Below, one piece after another: positions 1 to 8,568 of a DNA stretch of 46,810 nucleotides. The notes under the pieces were generated by a model. It was given only the letters and a program-made list of their open reading frames with translations, ran no database searches and was not told the DNA's origin. Origin of the DNA: a virus; IMG/VR virus record IMGVR_UViG_3300002460_000008, one strand, 5' to 3'. The translations under genes and the position numbers were made by a program. Position 1 is the first letter of the stretch; every line of letters starts with the position of its first letter.

Positions 1-33
1 GGACGTGGCGGGAGCGTCAGCCCGCCACAAATT
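1..33. repeat. Terminal direct repeat; identical to 46778-46810 (circular-closure overlap or short terminal redundancy)
   Basis: Read directly: GGACGTGGCGGGAGCGTCAGCCCGCCACAAATT at both window ends. The recombination module (Sak4-like at the right end, DUF669-like at the left end) is contiguous across the junction. Confidence 0.9.
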
Positions 34-134
34 ACAAAAAGAGGAGATTTATAGAATATTGGGGTAGGTTAGACAAATGGAATGCTGAAAAGGACGGTTT
101 CATTCTTGAATTACGGGCTCGAATTGCTCTAGTA

Positions 135-335
135 ATGCTAGAGCATTGGGGACCTGTAATGGGAAAAGTTAGTTCAAATGAAGATTCCAGTGGTAGACGG
201 TATATCGAAGATATGCAACCTCAAGATTTAGTGAGAAAAGCATTTGAAATTGCTAAGTTTTATGTAGAAAGGGCCGAGCAAGATAATCTCATAAAGAAAT
301 ACGACTCAGATAAGGGGAATGAAAATGCGAATTAA
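135..335 (+). CDS. Hypothetical protein (66 aa)
   Basis: ORF track. The ATG lies in the loop of a GCTCTAG/CTAGAGC hairpin (126-144) with no obvious SD, so the start is uncertain. Confidence 0.4.
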   Translation: MLEHWGPVMGKVSSNEDSSGRRYIEDMQPQDLVRKAFEIAKFYVERAEQDNLIKKYDSDKGNENAN

Positions 336-741
336 TTTCTCAAGCACGTCACAGGAGTTTGAACCACTTCCGAATGGGACGAATCTTTCGGAAGTGGAGT
401 CGATGGAAGTGGGTAAGTCAAGCACGGGAAATCCGAAGATTAAGACGACGTTTAAGATTCTTGATGTGGATGGAGGGAGGAAATTGTGGGATGAGTTTAG
501 CTTACTCCCGCAATCAGGATGGAAGTTGAAGGATTTTCTCGAGAAGGCGCAAGTGCCGCATAGTGCGATGCCGCTTACTGAACGTGGCTCTTTCGAGATT
601 GATTTCAATACAGAAGATGCTATCGGTGCGAAGGTTGTCATCAGGCATGAACAGGAGAGCTATGACTCGAAGCAAACGGGGCAGGATGGGAAGGCGATTA
701 GGAAGATTAAGAACGAAGTGAAGGAGTATCTCAAGGCATAA
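319..741 (+). CDS. DUF669-like phage protein (putative ssDNA-binding partner of Sak4-type recombinases)
   Basis: N-terminal pattern FEPLPNG...KIKTTFKILDVDGGRKLWDEFSLLPQSGWKLKDFL resembles DUF669. It lies next to an AAA_24/Sak4-like gene across the circular junction. Confidence 0.55.
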   Translation: MKMRINFSSTSQEFEPLPNGTNLSEVESMEVGKSSTGNPKIKTTFKILDVDGGRKLWDEFSLLPQSGWKLKDFLEKAQVPHSAMPLTERGSFEIDFNTEDAIGAKVVIRHEQESYDSKQTGQDGKAIRKIKNEVKEYLKA

Positions 742-851
742 AGACTAACGCTGTAAGGCGAGTGGGGCGCGCATACTTTATAACGCGCTAATATTTAGGA
801 GAGGAATTTTATGACGCCTAAGCCGCCGAAGCCGGGAACGGTGACTGGACG

Positions 852-968
852 ATGACCCGCCGCGACCTCGCGGACGTCCTGCTCGGCCTGCTGATCGCCG
901 CGCTGGCGATCACTGGCGCGCGGTCGGTCATGGAGGCGGTGGCGAAGATTCGGGGCGTGCCGTGGTGA
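852..968 (+). CDS. Small membrane protein (38 aa), first gene of the GC-rich cassette
   Basis: Hand translation: MTRRDLADVLLGLLIAALAITGARSVMEAVAKIRGVPW. One hydrophobic helix and high GC3. Preceded by a 14-codon ORF (811-855) with an ATGA overlap and a GGAGAGG SD. Confidence 0.4.
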   Translation: MTRRDLADVLLGLLIAALAITGARSVMEAVAKIRGVPW

Positions 969-1112
969 TGAGAGTCCCAGGGCGAGACGGGGAGGCGCGC
1001 TTGGCAGGACCATGGCCACCCCGGTGCGCGGAGTGCGGACAATTACTTCCGTGGTCGTTGCGTTCGGAGCCGCCCCGTGCCTGAGCCCTACCGCGTCGGC
1101 CCCCTCACGCCG

Positions 1113-1256
1113 ATGCCGCTGTGGGAGGCGCTGGTGATCCTGGCCGCCTACGCACTCGCACTGTGGCCGCTGGTGCTCGCGGCGTGGGTCGTCGGGCGCG
1201 TCGGGCAGGCGCGGCGACGGTGGGTCGTGGAGATCAAGTATGGAGGGCCGCGATGA
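1113..1256 (+). CDS. Small membrane protein (47 aa)
   Basis: Hand translation: MPLWEALVILAAYALALWPLVLAAWVVGRVGQARRRWVVEIKYGGPR. Strong GC3 bias, and ATGA overlap with the next ORF. Confidence 0.45.
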   Translation: MPLWEALVILAAYALALWPLVLAAWVVGRVGQARRRWVVEIKYGGPR

Positions 1257-1450
1257 GTAAACAGATGCCGAAGCGTATTCTCGTCCGGGCGCGGAATAAC
1301 ACGTCTGAAATGGGTAAGTTCAGAACCCTCGTGGACATACAACACGGCTACCTCTGGATCGGAGGCGATCCTGGACCCTGTTTCGTGGCGATCACAGGCC
1401 GAAAGACGCTGCTCAAGATCGCGGCGATGATCCGGAGGTACGCGCGATGA
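1253..1450 (+). CDS. Hypothetical protein (65 aa)
   Basis: Internal ATG of ORF 1121..1450, with ATGA coupling to the upstream and downstream ORFs. GC-rich. Confidence 0.5.
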   Translation: MSKQMPKRILVRARNNTSEMGKFRTLVDIQHGYLWIGGDPGPCFVAITGRKTLLKIAAMIRRYAR

Positions 1451-1902
1451 TTGACCTGACGCCGGAGGGGCTGCGGGCGCGGGCGCGTGATTGGTGCGTT
1501 GCCAATCTCAACCCGTTTTCAGAGTGGACGATTGATGAGTTGGCTACCGCCTTCACCGCCCTCGTCGCCGAGGCGCGTCAGGAGAGCGCCGGTTTCGAGT
1601 GGTGTCTTGACGAAATCAAGAACACTCTTGCTGGCCTCGGTTGCTCGCACGGACATGAACACGCGAAAACGCCACCGATGATGTACCCGGAATGGATCGT
1701 TTGCGTCGTCGCTCATCGTGTCGCCGAGGCGCGGCGGGCGCAGCGGGAGGCGGATGCGCTCGCGGTGTGCTGGTTTTGTCGCACAGCACGGCCGTTTTTA
1801 GATGACGGGAACACGCGGCACGTCGGGCAGGACGCGCAGGGCGACTTGATCGACATTCATTGCGTTGCTGCCGCGATCCGCGCGCAGGAGGAGACGCCGT
1901 GA
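1447..1902 (+). CDS. Hypothetical protein (151 aa), GC-rich cassette
   Basis: ORF track. 4-nt start/stop overlaps on both sides. No motif recognised. Confidence 0.6.
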   Translation: MIDLTPEGLRARARDWCVANLNPFSEWTIDELATAFTALVAEARQESAGFEWCLDEIKNTLAGLGCSHGHEHAKTPPMMYPEWIVCVVAHRVAEARRAQREADALAVCWFCRTARPFLDDGNTRHVGQDAQGDLIDIHCVAAAIRAQEETP

Positions 1903-2411
1903 TAACGGGAGATTGGCCACATCCGAGCAATGTAGGTGGTATGGCTCCGCTGGACGACGCGGCGTTCGTGAAGGCGATGACGGACAAGTTTCCTCTGATC
2001 ATGTCTGAGCGCGACCGCCTCGTGGCGATGGCGCGGGAAGCGATACGATTAAGAAGTTGCTCCGTTGTGCTGAGCGTCCATTACTGCGTGACGCATCAGC
2101 AGCCGTATATGCGTTGTACTGCGGGGATCGGGCAGGCTTTCATCCAGCGCCTCGCCGACGTGGAAAAATTAGCTGATGAAAGATTATTGAATTTAGATAT
2201 CTGTGAGAGAAAACTCACCGACGCAGAGGCGCGCGTGCGGGAGTTGGGGAAGACCATAATGGAGTGTGAATGTGCTGGCAACGAGCGGATTCTTCACGCC
2301 GTAACGCATGAGGGGTGTCCCGACGACTGCGGCCACGACAAGATTTTGTTGGGCAAAGTCGTCGAGGCGTCGAACGCGCTACGTGCCGCCCTCGCGCGGA
2401 GGACGACGTGA
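1899..2411 (+). CDS. Hypothetical Cys/His-containing protein (about 170 aa)
   Basis: GTG at 1899 overlaps the upstream TGA (GTGA), in the frame of ORF 1860..2411. Contains an AT-rich patch at 2161-2216. Confidence 0.55.
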   Translation: MITGDWPHPSNVGGMAPLDDAAFVKAMTDKFPLIMSERDRLVAMAREAIRLRSCSVVLSVHYCVTHQQPYMRCTAGIGQAFIQRLADVEKLADERLLNLDICERKLTDAEARVRELGKTIMECECAGNERILHAVTHEGCPDDCGHDKILLGKVVEASNALRAALARRTT

Positions 2412-2590
2412 GCTATCTCTTGATGGACGAGCGGGCGATGGACCCGGATCAGTTTGGGGAAGCGATCGTGTACGCAGCGGCAGAGACTCTTGTAGAAGCG
2501 CGCCGCGATCAGACTGAGTCAGGATGCGGCGTCATCATTCGCGTCAGCCGCCACGATGACGAGTACAAATGGGAGGAATACATCCCGTGA
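2408..2590 (+). CDS. Hypothetical protein (60 aa)
   Basis: GTG at 2408 in a GTGA overlap, in the frame of ORF 2315..2590. Confidence 0.5.
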   Translation: MSYLLMDERAMDPDQFGEAIVYAAAETLVEARRDQTESGCGVIIRVSRHDDEYKWEEYIP

Positions 2591-2817
2591 TCGCCCCCGC
2601 GGACCCCGTGGAGGCGCTGGCGAAGGTGCTCAAGTCCGTGCGCGTGGACGGTATGCCGATTGTGATTACGTGGTCAGACGCTGAGGACTTGGCCCGCGCC
2701 GCCCTCGCCCACGCGCGGGCGCTGGTGCCGCCCGAGAGCATGAGCATAGAGGTTCGATATCGAGAAGCTTGGAATAACTGCCGCGCCGAGACGCTGCGGC
2801 GGCTGGGCGGGAAATAA
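2587..2817 (+). CDS. Hypothetical protein (76 aa), last gene of the GC-rich cassette
   Basis: GTG at 2587 in a GTGA overlap, in the frame of ORF 2569..2817. Confidence 0.5.
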   Translation: MIAPADPVEALAKVLKSVRVDGMPIVITWSDAEDLARAALAHARALVPPESMSIEVRYREAWNNCRAETLRRLGGK

Positions 2818-2826
2818 AAACAAATA

Positions 2827-3219
2827 ATGAAACTTACCTGGCGCGGTTGGGCAGCGCGTATCCATACCTACTTCGATCAAGGAAAAGATTTCCTTGAGCG
2901 ATTTCGTGGATTACTCATTGCCGGCGCTGCACTTAAAATTCTTGGTGTACCACTTTGGGCGTTGGCTTGGCTGACGCCTTTGGTAATTTTTCTTTACATT
3001 TTAGTTGGTTATGTTTGGGTCAAAAGAGGATGGTACAAAGAACTTTCTGAAATTTCGGCACTTGACCGATGGACACCATTGCAGGTTTGGAATATTTGGA
3101 TGCAAATTAAGATATTAAAAAGATTAAGAATCGAGATTAATAACTTCGACACGAAAAGACTTCCCGAAGAATACTTAAAAGTTTTAGCTTCAACAAAAGA
3201 AAGAACCAATGCTGATTAG
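2827..3219 (+). CDS. Membrane protein (130 aa, two predicted TM helices)
   Basis: Hydrophobic stretches LLIAGAALKILGVPLWALAWLTPLVIFLYILVGYVWV. AT-rich backbone composition resumes here. Confidence 0.6.
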   Translation: MKLTWRGWAARIHTYFDQGKDFLERFRGLLIAGAALKILGVPLWALAWLTPLVIFLYILVGYVWVKRGWYKELSEISALDRWTPLQVWNIWMQIKILKRLRIEINNFDTKRLPEEYLKVLASTKERTNAD

Positions 3220-3463
3220 AATGTGCAGTTGGCATATTAAATACAGAGGTAAAAAGAAATTTCTTGGGATTATTAAATGGCAGCCATTGTGGAAGTGGCA
3301 GGTAAGTCATGGGATTTGCGATTTGTGCTGGAATGAGTGGAGAAAAGAAATAAGGGGGAAATTTGGGGGAAAACGGTGATGGCATCTAAGCTAATAACTT
3401 TGTGTCCATCACACACTTCAACTCCACTAATCTTTTCTTGGAGGAAGGGATGAAGGGTGGAGC

Positions 3464-3844
3464 GTGAGTACCCCAATTGATTTTTTCACGTTTGGAGAGT
3501 CTTATATAATTGATGGATTATGTGATTTATTAAAAGACTTAAATTGTGAAATTGAGATAAAAACAGAATATATATGGGATTATCGAGCAATAAAGGTTTT
3601 CGTAGAATGCGATCACTTTCACATTGAATTTCTTATAAAAGATGAATTCTTTCATGGCGGAAAAGTCGGAAAAGTCGATTTAATATTAAAAATCGTAACA
3701 TACAATGCACTAAAATTCATCTCCGCTCACCGTTTTCTTTGCTTAGTTGGGACAGCAGAATTAATCTTTGAAAGTGAATCGAAAAAAATGGAAGAAACAT
3801 TTCCTGAATTGGTAAAGCTGGCAGAAATTATAAAGAATGCCTAA
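3464..3844 (+). CDS. Hypothetical protein (126 aa)
   Basis: ORF track (GTG start). Abuts the polymerase gene. Confidence 0.55.
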   Translation: MSTPIDFFTFGESYIIDGLCDLLKDLNCEIEIKTEYIWDYRAIKVFVECDHFHIEFLIKDEFFHGGKVGKVDLILKIVTYNALKFISAHRFLCLVGTAELIFESESKKMEETFPELVKLAEIIKNA

Positions 3845-6254
3845 CTACCAACAAAAACCCCCCTCTTGCAACGGCTGCCCGTGGGAGCACCTTAGCATCG
3901 GCTACGCCACCGGCAGCGGTCCTTCCAATGCTAAATTAGCTGTTATCGCAGAGAGCCTAGGGGAAAATGAAGCGATTCAAGGGATTCCCCTCGTTGGTTA
4001 CACTGGACAAGAAGTCAACAAATTTCTTTCTGACAACGGCGCATTACGGCAGGAGACTTATTGTGATAACGTAGTACGTTGCAAACCCCCCATTGGTAAA
4101 GGAAAGAAAATTCCTAAAGAGGTAATTAAGTTTTGCACCGAGCGCCACCTTAAACCCGCTTTACAACTGGTGAAACCTAATGCGATTATCGCCCTGGGCG
4201 AGTATAGTCTTAACTATCTCAGTGGTAAGCGTGGTATCAGTCGTAGGCGTGGTTCTATACTTAATACAACTTTTGGGAAGGTAATTCCCACGTTTCATCC
4301 GTCATGGCTTCACAAAGGCGAAAATGCAATAATAATGTGGCCTTTCGTCTCTTTCGATTTTGGGAAGGGAATAAAGGAGGCTAAAACAGCGGAGTATTCT
4401 CCGCCGGCCGAGAATTTCAACATTGCCCCAACTATTGATGATATACGAGAACTTAAAAAGGCGGCTCAAGATGAAGGTAAGGTTGCCGTCGACATCGAAA
4501 CCTCCGCAGGATCATGGTGGAACACCGCGCCATTGTGCATTGGATTCTATCTATCGAAATGTAACCGAGCTATATGCGTTCCCTTCTTTGGACAATATGG
4601 AGTGTCAATTTGGAAGGACGATGAGCTTTTAGAAATTATAGTTCTGATAGATTCAATCTTGGGCGATGAAAGTATCGAAAAGATTTTGCAAAATGGTAAC
4701 TATGATATAAAAGTCCTTGAAGATGTTGGGTTCAAAGTAAGAAATTTTGCTTTCGACACCATGATTGCTCATCACGCAATAATCGCCGAAAAGGGCGTTC
4801 CCCACACTCTTGATTTTATTTCCTCGATTTACACCGACACTCCCTATTACAAAGATGATGTTAAGGGGGAAGATAACTTTGCCTTACATCCTGAAACAAC
4901 TCTTAGGACTTATAATTGCCGTGATTGCCGGGTTACTGGCCTTTCAGCTAGCGAGCTTGATCTTGAATTAGATGAATATGGAGTGAGAGAGACGTTCAAT
5001 CAAGATATGGCGATGCTTTTACCCATGAGAAGGATGGAAAAGCGGGGTATCTTAATTGAAACGACCCTTCTCGCAAAGTATAGGGCAGAGACTCTTCAAG
5101 AAATTGAAGAAGCAAAGAGTGACATAAAAAGAATTTTAGGCGGTGAGTTTAACCCGGGTTCAGGTAAACAGATGCGGAAATTTCTCTTCGAGGATTTGAA
5201 GCTGGAACCTGTTTCTTATACTAAAAGCAAGATTCCAGCTGTAGATTTTGATTCACTGATGCAATTGATGGATCAGGTTAGTGGGAATTTGGAGATTCTA
5301 TTAGCTCTGTTCCTCAGACTACGTAAAGTTGAAAAGCAACATTCAACTTATTTTAAGGAATTTATTCTTGATTACAATAACCGAATTCACACGAATCTTC
5401 TTCTCCACGTTACCCCAACCGGCCGATTATCTTCTCGGAATCCAAATTTACAAAACCAACCAGATGGCCGAGCAAAGCAACTTTTTATTAGCCAATTTGG
5501 ATTCGAGTTTCTTTCAAGAGATTATTCTCAAATTGAGTTACGAATTCTCGCGTATCTCACTAATGATGAAAGTCTCATAGAAATCTTTGAATCTGGCAAA
5601 GACCCGCACCTTCAAAATGCGAGTGATTTGTTTGGCATTCCGATTAACAAAGTGACAGAACAACAACGCGATGCCTCAAAAATCTTCGTTTACGGCGGTG
5701 TCATCTACGGCGGCACAGCCGGAACGATCCGTGCTCAAATGCGTAGTCGCGCTTTAAAAGAAATTTGGGAGAAGAAACTTCCTATAAGCCAGATAAAGAA
5801 AATGGCAATTCCTTCAACTGAGGAGGTAAAACGGGTTCAGGGGAATTGGCTTGAAAAGCACCCTAATATTGGGAAGTTTCAACGAGAAATCGAAGTGGAG
5901 GTGCTGAAAAATAGGAAACTTACTATTCCGATTGGTGGACGGGTGAGGTACTTTCTTGGAAAGAAGGAAAATATTGTTAGATCGGGATACAACACGCCGA
6001 TCCAGGGATCAGCCGCCGGCGTTATTAATCCCGCTTTAGTTACTCTTGACAGTCTTGTTCCCGATCCTAATGGTATTTCTTTGCAGGTACATGATGAATT
6101 GCTCCTAGAGGTGAGAGAAAGTGAGATTGATAAATATGTTGAGTTGAGTAAAAATGTTATGGAAAAGCCGATTAAACTCAATGGTAGGGAAATAGTATTT
6201 CCAACTTCATGTAAAGTTGGTTACTCCTGGGAGGGATTAAAGAAATATGTCTGA
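3837..6254 (+). CDS. Family A DNA polymerase with 3'-5' exonuclease and an N-terminal family-4-type uracil-DNA-glycosylase-like Fe-S domain
   Basis: UDG-like region: CNGC...AESLGENEAIQGIPLVGYTGQ...VVRCKPP...FCTERH...FHPS. Exonuclease motifs: VAVDIETS, NGNYDIKVL, YNCRD. Polymerase motifs: A DYSQIELRILA, B RDASKIFVYGGVIYG, C QVHDELLLE. Confidence 0.9.
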   Translation: MPNYQQKPPSCNGCPWEHLSIGYATGSGPSNAKLAVIAESLGENEAIQGIPLVGYTGQEVNKFLSDNGALRQETYCDNVVRCKPPIGKGKKIPKEVIKFCTERHLKPALQLVKPNAIIALGEYSLNYLSGKRGISRRRGSILNTTFGKVIPTFHPSWLHKGENAIIMWPFVSFDFGKGIKEAKTAEYSPPAENFNIAPTIDDIRELKKAAQDEGKVAVDIETSAGSWWNTAPLCIGFYLSKCNRAICVPFFGQYGVSIWKDDELLEIIVLIDSILGDESIEKILQNGNYDIKVLEDVGFKVRNFAFDTMIAHHAIIAEKGVPHTLDFISSIYTDTPYYKDDVKGEDNFALHPETTLRTYNCRDCRVTGLSASELDLELDEYGVRETFNQDMAMLLPMRRMEKRGILIETTLLAKYRAETLQEIEEAKSDIKRILGGEFNPGSGKQMRKFLFEDLKLEPVSYTKSKIPAVDFDSLMQLMDQVSGNLEILLALFLRLRKVEKQHSTYFKEFILDYNNRIHTNLLLHVTPTGRLSSRNPNLQNQPDGRAKQLFISQFGFEFLSRDYSQIELRILAYLTNDESLIEIFESGKDPHLQNASDLFGIPINKVTEQQRDASKIFVYGGVIYGGTAGTIRAQMRSRALKEIWEKKLPISQIKKMAIPSTEEVKRVQGNWLEKHPNIGKFQREIEVEVLKNRKLTIPIGGRVRYFLGKKENIVRSGYNTPIQGSAAGVINPALVTLDSLVPDPNGISLQVHDELLLEVRESEIDKYVELSKNVMEKPIKLNGREIVFPTSCKVGYSWEGLKKYV

Positions 6255-6579
6255 GCTTAAATCATTTTCCCTTTGGCAATTTCAAGATGAGGTTTACAAA
6301 TGGTCTGAGAAAAACTTCGGAGATCAAGATACTTGGAAACCCCTTCTCGGCGTGTGCGAAGAAGTCGGTGAACTCTGCCATGCTCATCTCAAAATCGCGC
6401 AGGGAATTAGGGGAAATCAAGAAACACTTGAGATAGAAGCGAGAGATGCGGTTGGTGATATTATGATTTATTTAGCCGATTACTGTGCAAGGAAAGGGTA
6501 CGATTTGCAACGATGCGTTGAAAACGCTTGGGAAATTGTTAGGGAACGTGATTGGAAAGAAAAACCGTTAACAGGCTAA
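6247..6579 (+). CDS. MazG-like nucleotide pyrophosphohydrolase
   Basis: EEVGELCHAHLK ... DAVGDIMIYLADYC matches the all-alpha NTP-PPase EExxE / DxxxY pattern. Confidence 0.8.
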   Translation: MSELKSFSLWQFQDEVYKWSEKNFGDQDTWKPLLGVCEEVGELCHAHLKIAQGIRGNQETLEIEARDAVGDIMIYLADYCARKGYDLQRCVENAWEIVRERDWKEKPLTG

Positions 6580-6582
6580 TGA

Positions 6583-8091
6583 ATGCCCGATCTCCTTGTC
6601 CCTCTCTTCCGGAAACTCGGGCAAATACGTTGGGATGAAAGTGAAGTAGTTGAGCAGTTAAAAGTAATTCAGTTTTTTATCAAAGAGCGCGATAAACTCA
6701 GTCTTATAGACTGTGGCCGCGCCGAAACAGAATTCCAACGTAGGCTTAGAATGTCTCGTGATGAGTGGTATCGCCTACTTATCAGTCGAGACACAGAGAA
6801 ACTTCGTTTACTCAAAGAGCATTGGGAGAAACTGAAACTTCAAAGTCAAAAACCCGGAGCTTATAAGGAGAAACAACAGCCGGCAGAAAAATCAATTTAC
6901 CCGCAAGGAGGTTGGCTTGGTGAATTTGTATTTGGATATGGTCGAATTATGGAATCGCCTGATTCTTTTCTATTCTGGTCTGGAGTCGCAGCTTTATCGG
7001 CTGTTATACGACGACACGTTTACGTTAATTTTGGGCCGAAAAATCTTTATCCTAATATGTATGTTATCCTCGTTGCTCCTGCTGGCATGGCCCGAAAAGG
7101 AGCGCCGATTAAAGCGGCGGAAGAGTTTGTAAAGATTATTCCAGATGTTAACTTCATTGATAGGACAACGACGGAGAGGCTCCCGCATGATCTTTCCTAT
7201 CGCGTTCAGGTTGTGGGTGGGCAGACAACGAAAGTCCCTTGTGACGCGCAAGCCTTTTTATGTGCTGAGGAATTAGTAGCAATTCTTGACGACCAAAGTT
7301 ACAACGCGGGAGTGATGAAGTTTCTTATCGACTGGTGGGATTGCCCTGATAGGAGAGCAACTCGCTCAATTTCTCATAATGTTATTGAGCTTCTTAATCT
7401 CCACTTAACACTTCTTGGTGGGACAACGCCGGGATGGCTTCAAGGGGCTCTCTCTTCCCTCATTGCCGGCGGTGGGATGTTATCTCGGGCAATTTGGGTA
7501 GTTGAGAATAGAACGAAGAAAAGATTGTCGTGGCCTGGATTACCGGATGAGAACATAGCCCGAAGTTTACGGGAGCAAATTGTGTACATCGAAGCTGTAA
7601 AGGGCGAATTTTCGATAGATAAGAGTAGCTTTGATTGGAATGATGATTGGTATAACAAGTTTAGGGATCACCTTGAAGCAAATGAGTCCGACGCACCAGC
7701 ACTTGAACGGAGGCAGATTCATCAGATAAAACTAGCAATGATTCTTGCCCTTAGCGAAGGAAAAGATTTAGTTATAACTCCCGAGCTACTCCAGGTAAGT
7801 AGCGATATTCTTGATAAGCAAGAGGAAGGAGCGCCAGAATTAGCTAGGATTCTCACGGCTAATCCGAAGGGTCGGGAAAGTTTAATGATTCTTGGTCATA
7901 TGCAACATAATGGGGGATTCATCTATCATTCTGATCTACTTAGGAGATTAAGTCCTTATGGAATTAATAAAGACGAATTGAAACAAATGATAGACACTCT
8001 CGAAGAAAGTGGGGAAATTGAAGTGGACATGGATACAACAAAGGGTCGGCCGGCAAAAATATATCGGTTGAAGAAAGGAAAGAAACCATGA
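6583..8091 (+). CDS. DUF3987-like replication protein (degenerate P-loop, C-terminal winged-helix-like tail)
   Basis: NLYPNMYVILVAPAGMARKG, AEELVAILDD, LTLLGGTTP and GGGMLSRAIWV follow the DUF3987 block order. Positioned after PolA/MazG. Confidence 0.5.
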   Translation: MPDLLVPLFRKLGQIRWDESEVVEQLKVIQFFIKERDKLSLIDCGRAETEFQRRLRMSRDEWYRLLISRDTEKLRLLKEHWEKLKLQSQKPGAYKEKQQPAEKSIYPQGGWLGEFVFGYGRIMESPDSFLFWSGVAALSAVIRRHVYVNFGPKNLYPNMYVILVAPAGMARKGAPIKAAEEFVKIIPDVNFIDRTTTERLPHDLSYRVQVVGGQTTKVPCDAQAFLCAEELVAILDDQSYNAGVMKFLIDWWDCPDRRATRSISHNVIELLNLHLTLLGGTTPGWLQGALSSLIAGGGMLSRAIWVVENRTKKRLSWPGLPDENIARSLREQIVYIEAVKGEFSIDKSSFDWNDDWYNKFRDHLEANESDAPALERRQIHQIKLAMILALSEGKDLVITPELLQVSSDILDKQEEGAPELARILTANPKGRESLMILGHMQHNGGFIYHSDLLRRLSPYGINKDELKQMIDTLEESGEIEVDMDTTKGRPAKIYRLKKGKKP

Positions 8092-8375
8092 TCCGCCCCG
8101 TTGGTCATAATGTTTTAATCAAAACTTTCAAAGACGAGGTGAAATACAAGAATATTCTTTTCGTCCCTGACACTGCAATGAAAAGATCATGTGAGGGTGT
8201 TGTGTTAAAGGTGGGGGAACGGTGCTTTCAAGTTAACCAAGGAGATTGGGTTATCTTCAGCCGAAAACAAGCCCATGATGTTGATGAGTATTTTGTTGGG
8301 GGACAACACGTTATCGTAGATGAACGTGGAGTGATGGTTGTTATAGAAGAAGAGGTGAAAGATATTGCTTACTGA
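8088..8375 (+). CDS. GroES-like co-chaperonin (Cpn10)
   Basis: IRPVGHNVLIK, ILFVPDTAMKRSCEGVVLKVGE, QGDWVIFSR and HVIVDERGVMVVIE align block for block with GroES. Confidence 0.75.
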   Translation: MIRPVGHNVLIKTFKDEVKYKNILFVPDTAMKRSCEGVVLKVGERCFQVNQGDWVIFSRKQAHDVDEYFVGGQHVIVDERGVMVVIEEEVKDIAY

Positions 8376-8568
8376 ACTCTATTCAACACTTCATAAATGC
8401 TCTTCATGCGGATTTATAGCAGAGGAAGAAGCAACTATTTATTCGGTTCGTTATCACCCTCCATGCTTAACTCCAATGGTAGTTATAAGGATAAGCAAAT
8501 TAGGACTAAATAATAAGCCAGAAAAAATAATTTACGATGCCCCCTTCACCGCGAGGAATGGAAAATAA
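8365..8568 (+). CDS. Hypothetical protein with a CxxC motif (67 aa)
   Basis: ORF track; CSSCGF motif. Confidence 0.45.
   Translation: MLTELYSTLHKCSSCGFIAEEEATIYSVRYHPPCLTPMVVIRISKLGLNNKPEKIIYDAPFTARNGK

Noticed and set aside
795-2002. Minus-strand and alternative-frame ORFs in the GC-rich cassette (795..1019, 818..1042, 1148..1345, 1519..1716, 1616..2002, 1487..1681, 2308..2517, 2544..2747), plus a possible 41-aa plus-strand ORF at 1012..1136.
   Set aside because: High-GC DNA yields long open frames by chance. The chosen plus-strand chain has GC3 bias and consecutive 4-nt start/stop overlaps, whereas the alternatives give Arg/Pro/Ala-rich junk-like products. The 1012..1136 ORF remains possible but is unsupported.
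3137-3476. Two minus-strand ORFs (3137..3385 and 3273..3476) in the 240-nt gap before gene 3464..3844.
   Set aside because: They are on the opposite strand to the whole surrounding operon, overlap each other and gene 2827..3219, and have no SD. The gap is probably non-coding, and only a weak GTGATGG/CCATCAC hairpin was seen in it.
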